A stretch of 64,000 nucleotides of DNA from Sphagnum compactum (Eukaryota): the NCBI GenBank assembly GCA_965153455.1, contig OZ234493.1:4402001-4466000 (forward strand), given 5' to 3'. Shown here one piece after another: positions 47,301 through 60,478 of this stretch (positions are counted from its first letter, which is position 1; every line of letters starts with the position of its first letter). A program made the position numbers and the translations under genes. The notes under the pieces were generated by a model, which worked only from the letters and a program-made list of their open reading frames with translations, was not told the DNA's origin and made no database searches.

Positions 47301-50300
47301 TCCCAGATCTGTGGCTTGTAAAAGGTTGATGCTTGATGCATGATTTTCTGTGTTGATTCTTCAAGTGAGCCATCAGCTATGTCTAGCCATAATGAGCAAG
47401 TTGTGTCTTGTATTGTGGTATGCTAGAAACTTGGAGTCTGAACCAGTGCCACTAAAACCCATGACAGAAGGGCTGCACAGTTCCACTTCCAGGTAAAATT
47501 CCTATGAGTAACCTAGAGTGGAGTTTGAGGTTCTTAGTTTCTTAAGCTCTAGATGGTTCCACTCTTTTCATCTGAGTATAGTACTTTTGGATCAAAGCTG
47601 TTTTGTGTGAAAATTTTCTGTACATTGTGCGCATCATATGAACACACACTCAGCTCGTTGCCTTCTTCATGTCACTGTAGCTCAGAGCACCCTCCAACTC
47701 ATCTGAAGAAGTTTCAGCGTGTGTTATCAGAGGGACGAATGATTCCAAGGTAATCAATTCAAACTGCAAATTACCCCTCCCTATAGACAAGCCGACCAAG
47801 CTCATTCACCTTGTAAGGGGATGGTTTTTCTCTTGTTTTGCGTGTCAAAAGTGAACCAATCCTGCTTGCACTAATCACATTCTTAATGTCATCATGATCT
47901 TGCAAGTTCAGACCATTTAGTTTGAGATACAGGGGGTTCCTCTGCAACTTGTAAATGTGCATGTCACTTACAGTTGAAGAAAGTTAGATGTAAATATTGC
48001 CCAAATTAACTTGGAGTTGGCAGCAGTCCTGAGCATTCAGTATCCAGACCTCGTGCACCATCCATGCTCAGTGGTAGCCGCCGTCATGGAGCTGAGTACT
48101 TCAGTGTCTCCAGGTGTGCTCATCTGTCTCCCTCTTTGAAGGCTGTAAGTAAAGATTTGTACTCCACAAGTTTTAGTGAGAGGTAATACTTTGAGGTGTA
48201 CATTAGCTCAAACATCACCCAGAAGATCATATGTCATAGCCTGCCTCGCTCCCCACCCACCTAAAGCTTTTCCATGGTGTTCCATGCACTAGACTCAGCT
48301 GTAGGCAGGTGGGGACCATAACACATATGTGCGATACTCCAGCTGGCACAGATACTTCTCTCATTGACACGAGAAATTTGGTGTGCAGCCCAGATGACCC
48401 ACCTCAGAATCCAAATGTGGCTGGCAAGCCTTCTCCTATTTTCAGGAGGCGTGCAGCCTGTTCATTCAACAACAGAGCACGAGACAACGGAAGGTTATTG
48501 CACATATAGTACATTTTTTTCTCTTTGTCCATTCACAAATGTATGGCAAGCTTGCAAGAGACCAGAACCATTTGCATTTACCACTTATGCTGACAAGATT
48601 TCACTACCTTGCAGACATGGAAGGGCATTGTCATTCGACTTAAAGACTGAGGGAAGGGAGGTGGACTTTGTGCAGTATCTTGGAGACAGCACGATGCTTT
48701 CAAGGTCAGTCATTTAACCGCATGTCACATGCACCCCCCCTTCCCCTTGATGCCACAAAAGTGAAAGCTTCATAATTGTAAGTCAGCTGAATGTTATGGA
48801 AAACAAGACTGGAAAGTGTCCAGCAATCTTGATATCTGAAAGGATGGTATGATGTGTTTGGAAAGATTTTGCTGCAGCAGCACATCGCTTACCCCTCTCG
48901 GATTCTTGCTTAGATCTGAACTGGAAGATGTTGCATATGCACAGAAGATATGTGATGTTTTTGTGATTTGCAGTAGCTCCTTGAGACTGTGACAGGTATT
49001 ATATGGCAAGTGTTTTCATTCCTCCATCATGACTTGGGTGGCTATTACAACGGCTCAAAATGACCCATGATTTGTAAGATGGAAATGTGACTAAATGTTG
49101 CAGGGCAAACTTTAGCTATCAAGCCGAGTTGCAGAGGCCTATGAAGCCAAGTGCTACACCTAAGATCACTGATGGGTTCAGGTAGTCCTCACCACATCAG
49201 TTCACATGAAAGCACCAAGCTTCATTTTGTTGTCATCATTAGCTTTTTTGTGCAGTGTGGAATCTGTTGAAGTTGTTGGTGCAAATCCTCAGGTCTACAG
49301 CAAATGATGCTCCAAAGCAAGAGCATGTCAGTAAAGAGCAGGACCTTACCAGAGCAAGGCTTGATTCAGAGTATCTTACAACAGACTGGAAGCTGCAAAG
49401 CAGAGAGGTATGCTTCTCCTCAACTTAGCTACTTTGTGCAGACAGACTCATTGATGTTAATGATCACAGGTTCTTGACTTTTGATAATTGCCAAAGGTTT
49501 TCATTAGCTCAAAAGTTTTACCACCAACATCATGTGCATCCCCAAGGCAGGAAGCCACAATCAGGAGTGTCATTTAGTAGGCGCAACAGACTTTAGCAAG
49601 TGTTCAAGCAGAAGCTATGAAGGTGAAAGTTTGGTAACACCCATGGGTGTTCACCATAAGTCAGACAGTTGCACTGCGGAAGTTTTGATGTCTTCTCAGA
49701 AAAAGATGATGCAAATGTCAGTCCATTTGGTGAACACCCATGGCATTTTAGGCTTTTGTTCTCATTTTCTAATCTGACAACAGCTCTTTGCCTTGTGCAG
49801 ATTCCTAGGAAGTCAACAGGTCTTGACATCATAAATGCAGAGCCAAAGCAAGGAGGTAGAAATCAAGGTCCAACAGTCAATGGTCTCAGATCCAACTCTG
49901 GAAGACTTACTGGAACAATACCTCGAGAGTTCCGAAATGTTCTGGAAGGGAGTCAAGCAGGTGGTGTGTCTGATGAATCTTCATCTGTAACCACCACAAC
50001 CAATGGGGCAGCTTCCTGGAGTCTCACAGAACATTCCCACTCCTTGCTGAACCAGCCATTGATGCCCTACTCTGAATGGACCATTGACTTCTCAGAGCTT
50101 CGAATTGGTGTTCGTGTGGGTATTGGTAAGTTGTCAGATGGGATCCAGGGATTTCAGATTTGTTGTTTGGTTCAAACTATTGGAAGCCCATGTGGTCCTC
50201 GTTTGTCTTTTCCCTGTTGTTTGTTATTCTATGTTTTTTCTTCTATTGTGCATGCTCTTTTGTTTTTTTTTGTTTGTTTTGTTTTTTTGCCCCCTGCTTT

Positions 50301-53300
50301 TCTCAATGGCTTTTTCCCTTCTATGTTGCTAGTTGCTAGCCAGAATCATGGCTGAGTCTTCCTGTTGCTTCTGGACTTGCATCAGAAACTCAATATGTAG
50401 GCTAGTGGTTACACTGGCCTATACCTGTTGTAGGGAGCTGATGAAGTCAGTGGGTAAGTTGTGATAGATAAGTCACCATCATACATGTTACTGTTGATGG
50501 CCCCTGAACAAGTGAAAGCCTGTTGCTTTTGTACATACTGCTAGTTTTATTGTTCAAGTTCTCCCCTTTGATATTCTTCTTCTGAGTTGTTCAGTCCTTC
50601 TCTGGAATTCTTTCTTTGGGTTCAAGAGAAAGTTTTGGACCTTTTTTTCTGGCTTTTCCTAATGATGAGTATGGAGATTTCTGGATTCTCATGAGAGTTA
50701 TTTGGTTCAATTTGTGTGCCATTTTTTTATCTTCAGGTGAACAGTCCCTAAAAATCAAAAGTCTGCCTCTTTTGCTTTCACCCTGATTCATGTGGCAAAA
50801 TCAAATTGTGTTCAGTTTGTGAATGTTTCCAAAAATCCAGAGGCTGGGGATGAGGCATATGTCTTGAAGTTTTGGTGGGTTCACTTCAGGATCCTTTGGA
50901 GAAGTATTTCGTGGCATATGGAGGGGCACAGAAGTGGCCATCAAGGTCATGCTGGAACAGGACCTCAACTTTGAGAACACACAGGATTTTTGCAATGAAA
51001 TTTCCATTCTGAGGTATATTGTTTGCTGGATAAATCAAAACAGCAGTTTGATTGGCAGATTCAAATTTTGTTTTTTCTTTCTCTCTTTTATTCTAGCTTT
51101 GTTTCCATATGCACGACTTTTGGCATGCATGTTTAGGCCTGCCTCTTCCTGGTTCTGAACGAGTAGCCGTTGGCTTGATTGCATGTGTCCCTTGCAGCCG
51201 TCTGCGACATCCCAATGGTACATACTTACCTTAAGCTGTTGTAATCCTCACAAGCTTCTTATAGCTTGAACAAGGATGCTACTGACTTTTTGGATTAGCT
51301 ATGTCTCTTGACTGAGCCTTCTTGTGGCTTCTGGGAATGCAACAGAAACTCAGCATGGGGACAGTTGTGTAATAGTTTACCTGAAATTGGGGGTCAGATT
51401 ATTGTTTACTTCCTACACCCATCACCAGGAGCTGATGAAGTCAGTGGGGAGTCATGGCAGCTTGCTACTGCTGCTCATGGTGAAGGTGATGGTCTGACAC
51501 TTTGTGAGCAATCCTCATAAGGTTATGATTGCACCCATCATAATGTTATCTTCAAAGTGTTGCTGTGCAGTTTTTTCTGAATCCTCATAGACATATCTTT
51601 GTGTTTTGTCTTCAGTGTGTAGTGTGTAGTTGTTGAGGATTCTCAAGTCTATACATTGGCCTTGCAGTCAGATGAGCTGCACGTAATGTAAATTACACCC
51701 TGAATCTCCTGAATCTGTCAGTCTGCAACCAACATTACCAGGAGTATACTAGGTTCCAGGTTGTCATGTCGGGCACTTATGAAAAATGTGTGCACTTACC
51801 AGCAAGTCAAGTAACTTTATTGGCTTGATAAGTTCTTTGGGATCAACATAAAAATCACCGCTCTTTGTGAATGTTCAAGGGGTGAAAACTGTGGGCTGCA
51901 GTGATATTGTTCCTGGGAGCTTGCACCAAGCCACCACATCTGTCCATGGTCACTGAGTACATGCATATAGGATCACTCTATCGCCTTATTCACTTCAGTG
52001 GGCAAGGGAAGGGACTTAGCTGGCGCCGTCGCTTGAAGATGCTCCGTGATATCTGCAGGTTTGTTACAACATATGGCATCCATGCCTAGGTGTAAAAAAA
52101 TATAGGCGAATCTTAAAGGACCTGGAAATTTCCAAGGGCTGATGTCTTTGAAAATTCTTGAATTACAGAGAGCAGAATGTTGATGCTTTGAAAGAACTTT
52201 GTGGTTGTCATTTTCACATTTGTACAGAACCTCATTTTGTTAAAGTGGATCAACTTTTTGACCATCTACTGAGGACAAATTTTCTGCCTATATCACATAT
52301 GACCTTCTGTCATTTCATCTTGTTTAGTGCAGTTCAACTGGGGCTTGATATATTTCTGGTGTAAGTGCAGGGGAATGATGTGTGTGCAGCGTATGAAAAT
52401 CATTCATCGTGATCTTAAGAGTGCCAATTGCTTGGTTGACAAGCATTGGTCAGTCAAGATTTGTGACTTTGGCTTGTCAACAATTGTTACGGACTCTGCA
52501 GTCTGCAACCCAACTGCAGTTGGTACACCTGAGTGGACAGCACCTGAACTTTTGCGCAATGAGCTAGTCATGGACAAATGTGATGTTTTCAGTTTTGGTG
52601 TCATCATATGGGAGCTTGCCACTTTGAAGCGTCCTTGGGAAGGTGTCAAACCAATGGAAGTAAGTCCACTTCACCCTTAGCACCAGATTCTGGGCTTAGT
52701 GGTATTGGGTTTTAGCAGGTTCGATTCATAATGCTTACATGACCAACTGTGGCAGGTCCAATACTCAGTCAGGTCAACCTTTGGTACATGCAATTTCACT
52801 CTTGGTTTCAATCTTGCAGCTATTCCAGAGCTCTCCAGTAGGCCTCTGCTCATTAAATGAATCTTTGTCATGAAGTGGACTGTTGGTTGTGGGTGCTGCA
52901 GGTGGCAGATGCTGTGGCTCACCATGGAGCACGACTTGAGATACCAGGGGGACTCATTGGCACACTGATAGCAGGTAATGTACATCTCCAACACCTTTAT
53001 CTTGTTTTGAGAAACAATAAGTGAGGAGAAAGATGTTTCTCTAAACAGGAGCTCACTGTCTTTCTTGTCATGGTTTTCTTATGACCATACAAAGGGTATA
53101 CGTAGCAAGTGAATCTTTCTGTTGAAGCTCTTCTCATGAACCAACCATCAATGTTTCCTCTGGAACAGGAGCAACATTAGGACTCTGGAAGTGATTAGTT
53201 GTAAAAAAGTTCACAAAAAACTGATATGTAGGATCAAGGAATTTCATGAACCAATCCTAAAACAAACTTCCTGACAAATTTTAGATCTGCTGCCTTGTTA

Positions 53301-53457
53301 TTCATACTTAAATTTATTCTAATGTCGTGTGCCAATGGGCTGTCATACTTTCAAACCGATGGTGTGTGCAGATTGTTGGCAGGAAGTCCCAGCAGCCCGG
53401 CCAAGCTATGAGGAAATTCTGACACGCCTTCATGAATGTGAGTTCCTTCAGAGCTGA
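44394..53457 (+). CDS. Raf-like MAPKKK with EDR1/CTR1-type N-terminal domain (most similar to the recalled At3g58640/At2g31010 group); ~20 exons, 5'UTR intron ending at 44390
   Basis: N-terminal motifs ASQTLW...MPSGFYSM, GLCRPRAILFKFLGDCVG, ELLVDVMRHPG, GDSDSGDYDSCDSPLTPNSPL. Kinase domain EWTIDFSELRIGVRVGIG|SFGEVFRG...VAIKVMLEQDL...FCNEISIL|SRLRHPN|VILFLGAC...HRDLKSANCLV...DFGLS...GTPEWTAPE...DCWQE...RPSYEEIL. Stop TGA at 53455-53457. Confidence 0.93.
50350..51450 (+). repeat. Homologous ~105-140 bp element present in two different Raf introns (50350-50455 and 51310-51450)
   Basis: ctgag.ctt..tgt.gcttctgg...tgca.cagaaactca is followed by an exact 21-mer ggagctgatgaagtcagtggg in both copies. 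Confidence 0.75.
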
Positions 53458-54135
53458 TGGACAGAGTCGTAAAGTTGGAACTTCTGTATGTATCTTGGAT
53501 TCACTTCATGTACTATCAGATTTGTTTAGTTGGGAATAGTTTTTTTTCCTTCCAGGTACAATCTACTACCCTATTTGCAGATCTGTCCCTGAACCAAGCT
53601 TCCATTTGTAGAATGAAGAGCAGCTGAAATTTTTGAATTCAAAAAAGAAAAAGCATAAAAAAGGGGGATAGACTTTTACATCCTCTGGGGTGACAAAAGG
53701 AGAACGTATGTAGGTACCATTGAAACTATCAAGGATGATGGGTAGGATGGGTAAACAGGGTTTTCCTAAAAAGTGTCCAGCATTCTCCAGCTGGCTGATG
53801 AGATGATAAATTTTTGCATTAGAATTCAAGTATTCAACTGCACTGTAATGGACAAAACATTAGTATATGGACAAAACATAGTAATTAAGTACATGTTCAA
53901 CTGTTTTCTGGCAATACAATCATCAATTGCGGAGAAACATACAATTAGGTGAACTTCACATCTGAACACAATACATGTATTCCCCACAATTCCACTTGTG
54001 GTATGACGGAGTGCACCAGAAAATAATGGTAAGACATTGTACCAAATCCACATTTGTGACACAGTTGAAGAAACAGTGTGCTAAACTGATCATATTATCA
54101 GGGAGATGAAGTGCTGCATTTAAATTTAATGGTGA

Positions 54136-54491
54136 GAGCATCTCCATCAGTGCTCAGTATGTGACTCCAGACAGTAAAATTTGTTGCGAAAAAGTCAAAA
54201 TGTGCTGGTTTAGCTCAGGAAATTAGTTTTTCTGCACCAAATTTGTGCAGCTTGCCGGGGCTGGTAAAAGGTGCAACACAACTGTGCACCTCCAAAAAAG
54301 AGTGTAATGAATTGGACTTGATTGTGGCTCAATATTTATGATTGGTTGATTATAATGATTGGTCCAGGTGGTTTGCTATTTGCAGTTATAGTTACAGTTT
54401 TATTGGTGGGGTTGGCAAAAAAAAAACAGTTAAACTTAGACATTTAATTTTATTATCCAGAGTGACATACTGAGCACCGGTGGAGATGCTC
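54136..54491. mobile_element. Tourist-like MITE (PIF/Harbinger superfamily), 356 bp
   Basis: ~32 bp TIRs GAGCATCTCCAtcaGTGCTCAGTATGTgACTC / GAGTgACATACTGAGCACcggTGGAGATGCTC. 3-bp TSD TGA on both sides (54133-54135, 54492-54494). No ORF. Confidence 0.92.
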
Positions 54492-55187
54492 TGAGGGAAA
54501 AAAAAAATGCTGGTATCTAGAAAAATGAAAAGCTTTTGTATCCATTTGCTTCAGGCTTCAATTTGTATTTCAAGCCAATTTTTCACTCTAATGACAGCCC
54601 CATAAAACAATCCCCAAACTTTATCAGAGAACTGAACCTCTGAATGCAACACTCTGGAGCAGGAGGCTGATATTCTAACTAAATCATTAGGTTGAATTAG
54701 ATTTCAAATTCTCAAAAAAATGATAGGAGTAGAGAGTTTCTTGTAGTCATGCCAGTAGAAGTCCTCACTAAAAATTTCAAACGTGCTATTATTTCTTTTT
54801 ACAAATATTTGCAAACACATATCAAATGTGCAATTATTGAGATAAGTCTAAATTGTACATAAAGGGATCAAAAGTGAGGAGGGTATATACATTTTAGAAG
54901 CTAGTGTCATGCGTTCTTATGTTGATGCTTACAACCATTGATATCAACCCACATACAACACAATATACATAAATATCCTAAATGGTACAACACTTTCAAA
55001 CCCATAAGATATGACTCACTTACAACAAGCAAAAATCCAATCTCAAAACATAGAATGCAAAACAACACCAAACCACATGCAAAAAAAACATGGGTAAAAA
55101 CACAACACGGACACATTGTGTAACACCCATTGACACAAGTCCATCCCCAAAGCGAGATATGTTGGAGCCAACATAAAAAGGGAGGGG

Positions 55188-55790
55188 TTTGGGGATACTT
55201 GTGCCAACTTTGTACACATGGTGGAACTAGTTCTAATGGTATTCAATGCATTTGATGGCAAACAACCTTGCAGTGGGAAGGCATAGTTTATCATGAAAAC
55301 ATTGGAACAAAATGTCTTATCATTACAAGATCAACCGTTTTCATTACCATCAAACCTTGTAGATGAGATTGAATATCAATTTTACCACCAATGGAAGACG
55401 TTAACAACTAACCTACATTATTTAGGAGCCCTTTTCAATCCATAATTATTGGTTGAAGCATGTTTCCATGATGATGCAAATGCCAAGGAAACATTCAACT
55501 ATGTGTTACAAAAAAACATTATTAGCATGATAACCTTGCCCAAACTTCTAAGGACTTTGTTGAATTTGTTGAAAGTCGAGGGCCTTTTTTCAACCACCCC
55601 CCCCCCCCAATTGATGACCTCAACTTGCTCCCACATGAATTAGAATTTGATTAGAATTTGATTAGAATTAGTGAGCACACATTTGCACCCATTACTTGCC
55701 ACATTTTAGCATAAATGTGTTTTGCATCACTGTGTGAATGAAATTAGGATTCATATTCATTTGTCCATAGAAAAATGCTAAATCAACAAG
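55188..55790 (+). mobile_element. hAT-family transposase relic (C-terminal half and dimerisation domain), pseudogenised
   Basis: FGDTCANFVHMVELVLMVFNAFDGKQPCSGKA*...QWKTLTTNLHYLGALFNP*... and ...FAPITCHILA*MCFASLCE*N*DSYSFVHRK, matching the hAT patterns W..LH..A..LNP and SSCERNWS.Y..VH.K. Confidence 0.8.
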
Positions 55791-58254
55791 ATTGTTGTTT
55801 GATGCTAGCATTTGGGAACACCTATGATCCAACAATGAGAATATAACCATTAGCATGCCACCCAATGATGTTTCGCAGTAGGTGGAACTCCCCACCTTAA
55901 ATACATCCATTGAGCAACAAGTTGAAGCCCCCCATGCATCCACCACAATTGTACATGCCCCAATGGTCGATGATGAAATCAATTGCCTGCAATCAATAAG
56001 TTCTATTGATCATGTATTCCCACATAACATGAACAAACCATTAACAATAGTGGACTTGACAATGTGATTAACATTGTGCATTTGATAACCCAAGACACAT
56101 TAATTGAAACACCGAACTTGTAGGTCAACCCTTTGGCCAATCTTACAAATCATATAATTAAAGCCATGGTAGCAACGACATCAAACCTACAAATGGGCTT
56201 AATATCACCACTTACACCATTAAACCCTACACAAGTCATCAATGCATGCGCACTTGTGAAATTGAAATTCCATTAACACAACATGATTCAAATTTTGACC
56301 ACACACCAATCTCCAGCTACCCACAACATCAAACATGTTTTCAACCTTAGGTGGGTCAAGATTGGCCGTGGTGGCTAGTTCCATGAATCATTTTTCCATT
56401 TATTCAATATTCCTCCACACAATGGGTTACTCAAAGGAAGAGGCTTGTTGATAAAAACAACGATGACTTTCATAAGCACACATGATTATGATTGATCGCA
56501 TAATGATGAAATCTTCAATATTGATGATAGCATGCCACCAAACAAATTTTGACAAAACAAATGGGATAAAATATCATCACAAGGTGCAAGCAATACATTT
56601 TGTACTTATTTGTTACCTTGTTTTCTACTTGTAATGTAAAAAAATAGTTTTCCCAACTTCTAACCTTCCTCTAGCATCTCAAAACAAATGGAATTTCTAG
56701 ATTTCTTCATAAGCCTTTCTTGCTTTCCTTTAGCTTTTCAAAAAAAAATGTACCACATCATTTGGACTTGGAAAAATACCCCAAAAGTATTCCCAAAAAT
56801 TATGCTAATTTTTGAGGGTTGGGGATGAACTTAGTTATGAAAACAAACTCCATTGACAAAATTATATATATTAGAATGTTCACCACATCAATATTGAGGG
56901 CTAGGAAGAAAAGAACAATTGTTTGCAAAAAATATTCATATACCTTTAAATATTTGAAATCTAAATTTCAAACTACTTAAATTAAAGCTCCATTTCAAAT
57001 ACTTGCAAGTGCATTGGAAAAACATAATTATATCAATTTAGCTTTTGGAACCAATGCCAATAATAATTAACAAAGAATGTACCCAAAAAATTTGATATTA
57101 TTTTCACAAGTTCATTTTTTTTTGTACCTTTTACTTGGAAACCCCCAATTTTTACATACCAAAGCTACTATTTGGTCTACTTTATCATGTTTTCAACCCA
57201 CAACCTTGTGTGAGATAGACATTTCAAAGGAAGAGAATGGTGCAATGATGATGATGAGGACACCAATGATGATGGCAAAGAGGCACCAAAAGATAATGAC
57301 TATCATGAATCGTGCTCCAAAATATTAATCCTACAATTGGTCATGGTTCCATGTCTAATGTCAAAATGAATCATGTCTTCATTTTTTTACCACCTTTTTT
57401 CCCCTTCGGATTTTGTTACTTTGTTTACACCCTTACAACCATTGCTTACAACCTTGGGTGACCTAAGGAGGTTGAAACCTTGGGTATGTGGGGGTTTTTG
57501 TTGGTCTTTTTTGCAAAAAAATGGAAAACCTAAACTTGACCTTTCGTTGTTCATAACATTTAGTATTTGGAAAACATTAAGGTTTTTTGGGCATCTCATA
57601 TTATAATGATGTTGTTTAGCCAACCTTCAAGGGGACAATTTGATAGTAAACCCCAAGACGCTTTACTTCAAACATTGAGTGATCTCTTAGTGTGCCATCA
57701 TTAACCATTTCGAAGCGAACGACATCAAAAATGTCCAGGGGTGAAAACATTTCATCAACCCATTCTCAAAAACAATAGAGGCTTGTGGCACATGACTAGG
57801 CCTAAATAGATTGCCAAACAATGATTCCAAGAAATTGTCTTGGAGTTTTTCAAGGAGCATATGATGGCTTACTTCAACTTTGCTTTTGTCAACAAATAAA
57901 CATGCAACCTAAACAAGTACAGACATGTCATGGAATTGAAAATATTGATGGAACAAATTATTCCCCAAAGTACATCAAGTTACAAAATTTTCCAAGGTTT
58001 TTAGAGTGGCTTGAATGCAAGGTTAGGGACATGACATCAAATTGAATGCAATGGTTTGACATATTTTATCCAACAAAGGACAAGTTGGCAAATTGGACTA
58101 TGGAGGTGGTGGAATTTTGGGATAAGGTGACATGGTGGGCCAAAATTAACAAGAATTTCTAGAAGAAGGCATGTTGGCACCATGGATGGAAGAAAGGGTT
58201 CAAAATCTTCTTTCCCAAACAATAAGTTAAGGCATCCTATGGATTTTAAGCATA

Positions 58255-58462
58255 GTGAATGTGGTCCTTTTGTTTGGTATGGACAATCGAGGTGGTTATG
58301 GTGTGGTGCATAAGGTGTGGAGTGAAACATTTGATCTCATCCCAAGCACCATTGGATTAGCAAGGAAGATACCCACAACATATGATAAACAAAAAACATG
58401 CAAACAACGTTTTGTAAAAGCGTTGGTTTGCCCATGCAAACATCCAAGTGTCATCAAGTCAA
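58255..58462 (+). pseudogene. Protein kinase N-lobe fragment in repeat-rich DNA
   Basis: GGYGVVHKV (Gly loop), LARK (VAxK-like) and HPSVIK (subdomain IV). The frame ends abruptly in AT-rich sequence, and upstream frames (57650-58250) are broken. Confidence 0.55.
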
Positions 58463-59729
58463 AAATTTCCTCTTATTAACCATTGAAATAAATAAAATTC
58501 ATAAGTTCAATATACCAAGGCTTAATTATGGATACTTTCCAAAAAAACAAAAAGTAACCCTCATTGAAATATTTTACAATGTTTTCACCCAAGTAGAATG
58601 CGTTTTCAAGTTAATTGTTAAATGATTCAAAAATTTGACATGTTATATAAAAATGAGTTTAGTTAGTAAGATAACAATAATGAAATTAATTGACAATTTT
58701 AATATGCAAATATTGGAAATTGGAATTAATGCACCACCAAATGTATGTTCATTCACTAGTAAAAAAACCCAATTTTGCGACTTGTTTTATGCGACTAAAA
58801 GTGTTGACGTTTGTAATTATTTTGGTCTCCTAATAGTTGCAAACAACACTTTTAGTCGCATTAAACAATAGAATGGGGTCTTTCGACTAATGATTGTAAT
58901 CTATTGTGTTTTTTGGTCTTCAATATTGAAGGAGTTACCTTCTACTAACTTTTATTTCCAAAACAATATGTAATAAAGGTGAATCATATAGAGGGGGGGT
59001 GGGGCGGGGGGGGCAACACATTACTTTTGAGCACCATTATAATAAACCAAACAATGTATAATACAATAAAAAGGTATTGAAGTTAGTTCAACATCAATTT
59101 CTTGCACTACACAACTTGAGAGTAAAATCTTTAGTTAATAAAAATAAATAAAAATTGAATCCATGCTTGAACAACTTATAACAATGGTATAAGTAATTTG
59201 CAAACAATACTATAATTCATGATTTTTTTATTGGGTTTTCTAGTAAAAAATACCCACAATGACAAGCGTAAAAAAACCACCCTATCAATTTGGACAAGTT
59301 GATTTGGGACTTACCAATGTGACTGGGTAGTCAATTTGATTGACAAAGTGATTGACATAGTGATTCATTATTTGACTTGTCAATAATGGACTATTTGACT
59401 ACATCAAATTTATACTTAAATTATAATCATTTATATTATTATTTAAAATTAATAGGTAGGTAGTAAATAGGTTTAGGCATGTCAAAAAAATAGGTTTTAG
59501 GTGCTAGCCTAGCCTACCTAACCTAACCTAACCTAACCTAAGCTCACCAAATTACTTTAGTATAACTTACTTTCTTTAGCCCTTTAAACATATACATAAG
59601 TTGCAAATATAAGGAATTGAACCCCAAACCTTCACAATGATAAACCAAATCCTTACCAATGGGCAACACTATCAAAGGTGTTCAACTTTTGTCAAATTTT
59701 TTATTTCACATATTTATTTCAAATCACCA

Positions 59730-60478
59730 AACATAGTGGCTAAACATAAGCGACAACTAATGGTTAAACTTAATGGTTAAATTTAATAGCTTAACCTAAT
59801 GACTTAATCTAGTGGTTTAACACAATAGTTAAACTTAATGGTTAATCCAATGGCTAAACTTAATAATTTAACCTAGTGGTTAAACACAATAGTTAAACAT
59901 TAGTTAAATTTAATGTTTAAATTTAACGACTAAATGTAATGATTAAACTTTGGCTAAATATAGTGGCTAAACCTAGTTGATAAACCTAATGGCGAGACTT
60001 TCATTAAATTTAATGCTTAAACATAATGACTAAACCTTGGTTAAACACAATACCTAAATCTAATGGCTAAACATAATGATTAAACTCTAGCTAAACATAG
60101 TGATTAAACATAGGCTAAACCTAATGGTTAAATTTAGTGGTTAAACATAATAACTAAAATTTGGCTAAACATAGACTAAACCGAGTGGTTAAAAATAGTG
60201 GTTAAACCTAAGTTAAGCCTAATGGGTAAATCTAATGGGTAAATCTAACCTAGGCTATACTTAGTGGCTAAATTTAGCCTAAACCTAATGGCCACATCTA
60301 ATGGCTCAACTTAGGTTAAACCTAATGCCAAATCTAGTGGTTAAACATAGTGGTTACACCTAATGCGTAAATGTAATGGTTAAATTTAAATTAAACCTAT
60401 TAATTAAACTTTGCATAAACCTAATAACTAAATTTAATGGCTAAACATAATGGCTACACCTAATGGTTAAACTTAGGT
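59730..60478. repeat. Degenerate minisatellite, ~13 bp unit TAAACCTAATGG(T/C) with 10-11 bp variants
   Basis: Dozens of consecutive taaa(c/t)(c/a/t)ta(a/g)tgg(t/c) units. Flanked by (TAGG)n/(CCTA)n tracts. A related TAAACATGGT array lies at ~61300-61640. Confidence 0.85.

Noticed and set aside
49532-49777. Longer exon readings in the Raf linker
   Set aside because: Phases do not join the flanking exons. A 42-nt phase-0 exon (~49581-49622, AQQTLASVQAEAMK) fits better.
59730-60478. Interstitial telomere array
   Set aside because: There are no runs of CCCTAAA, and the period is ~13 rather than 7.
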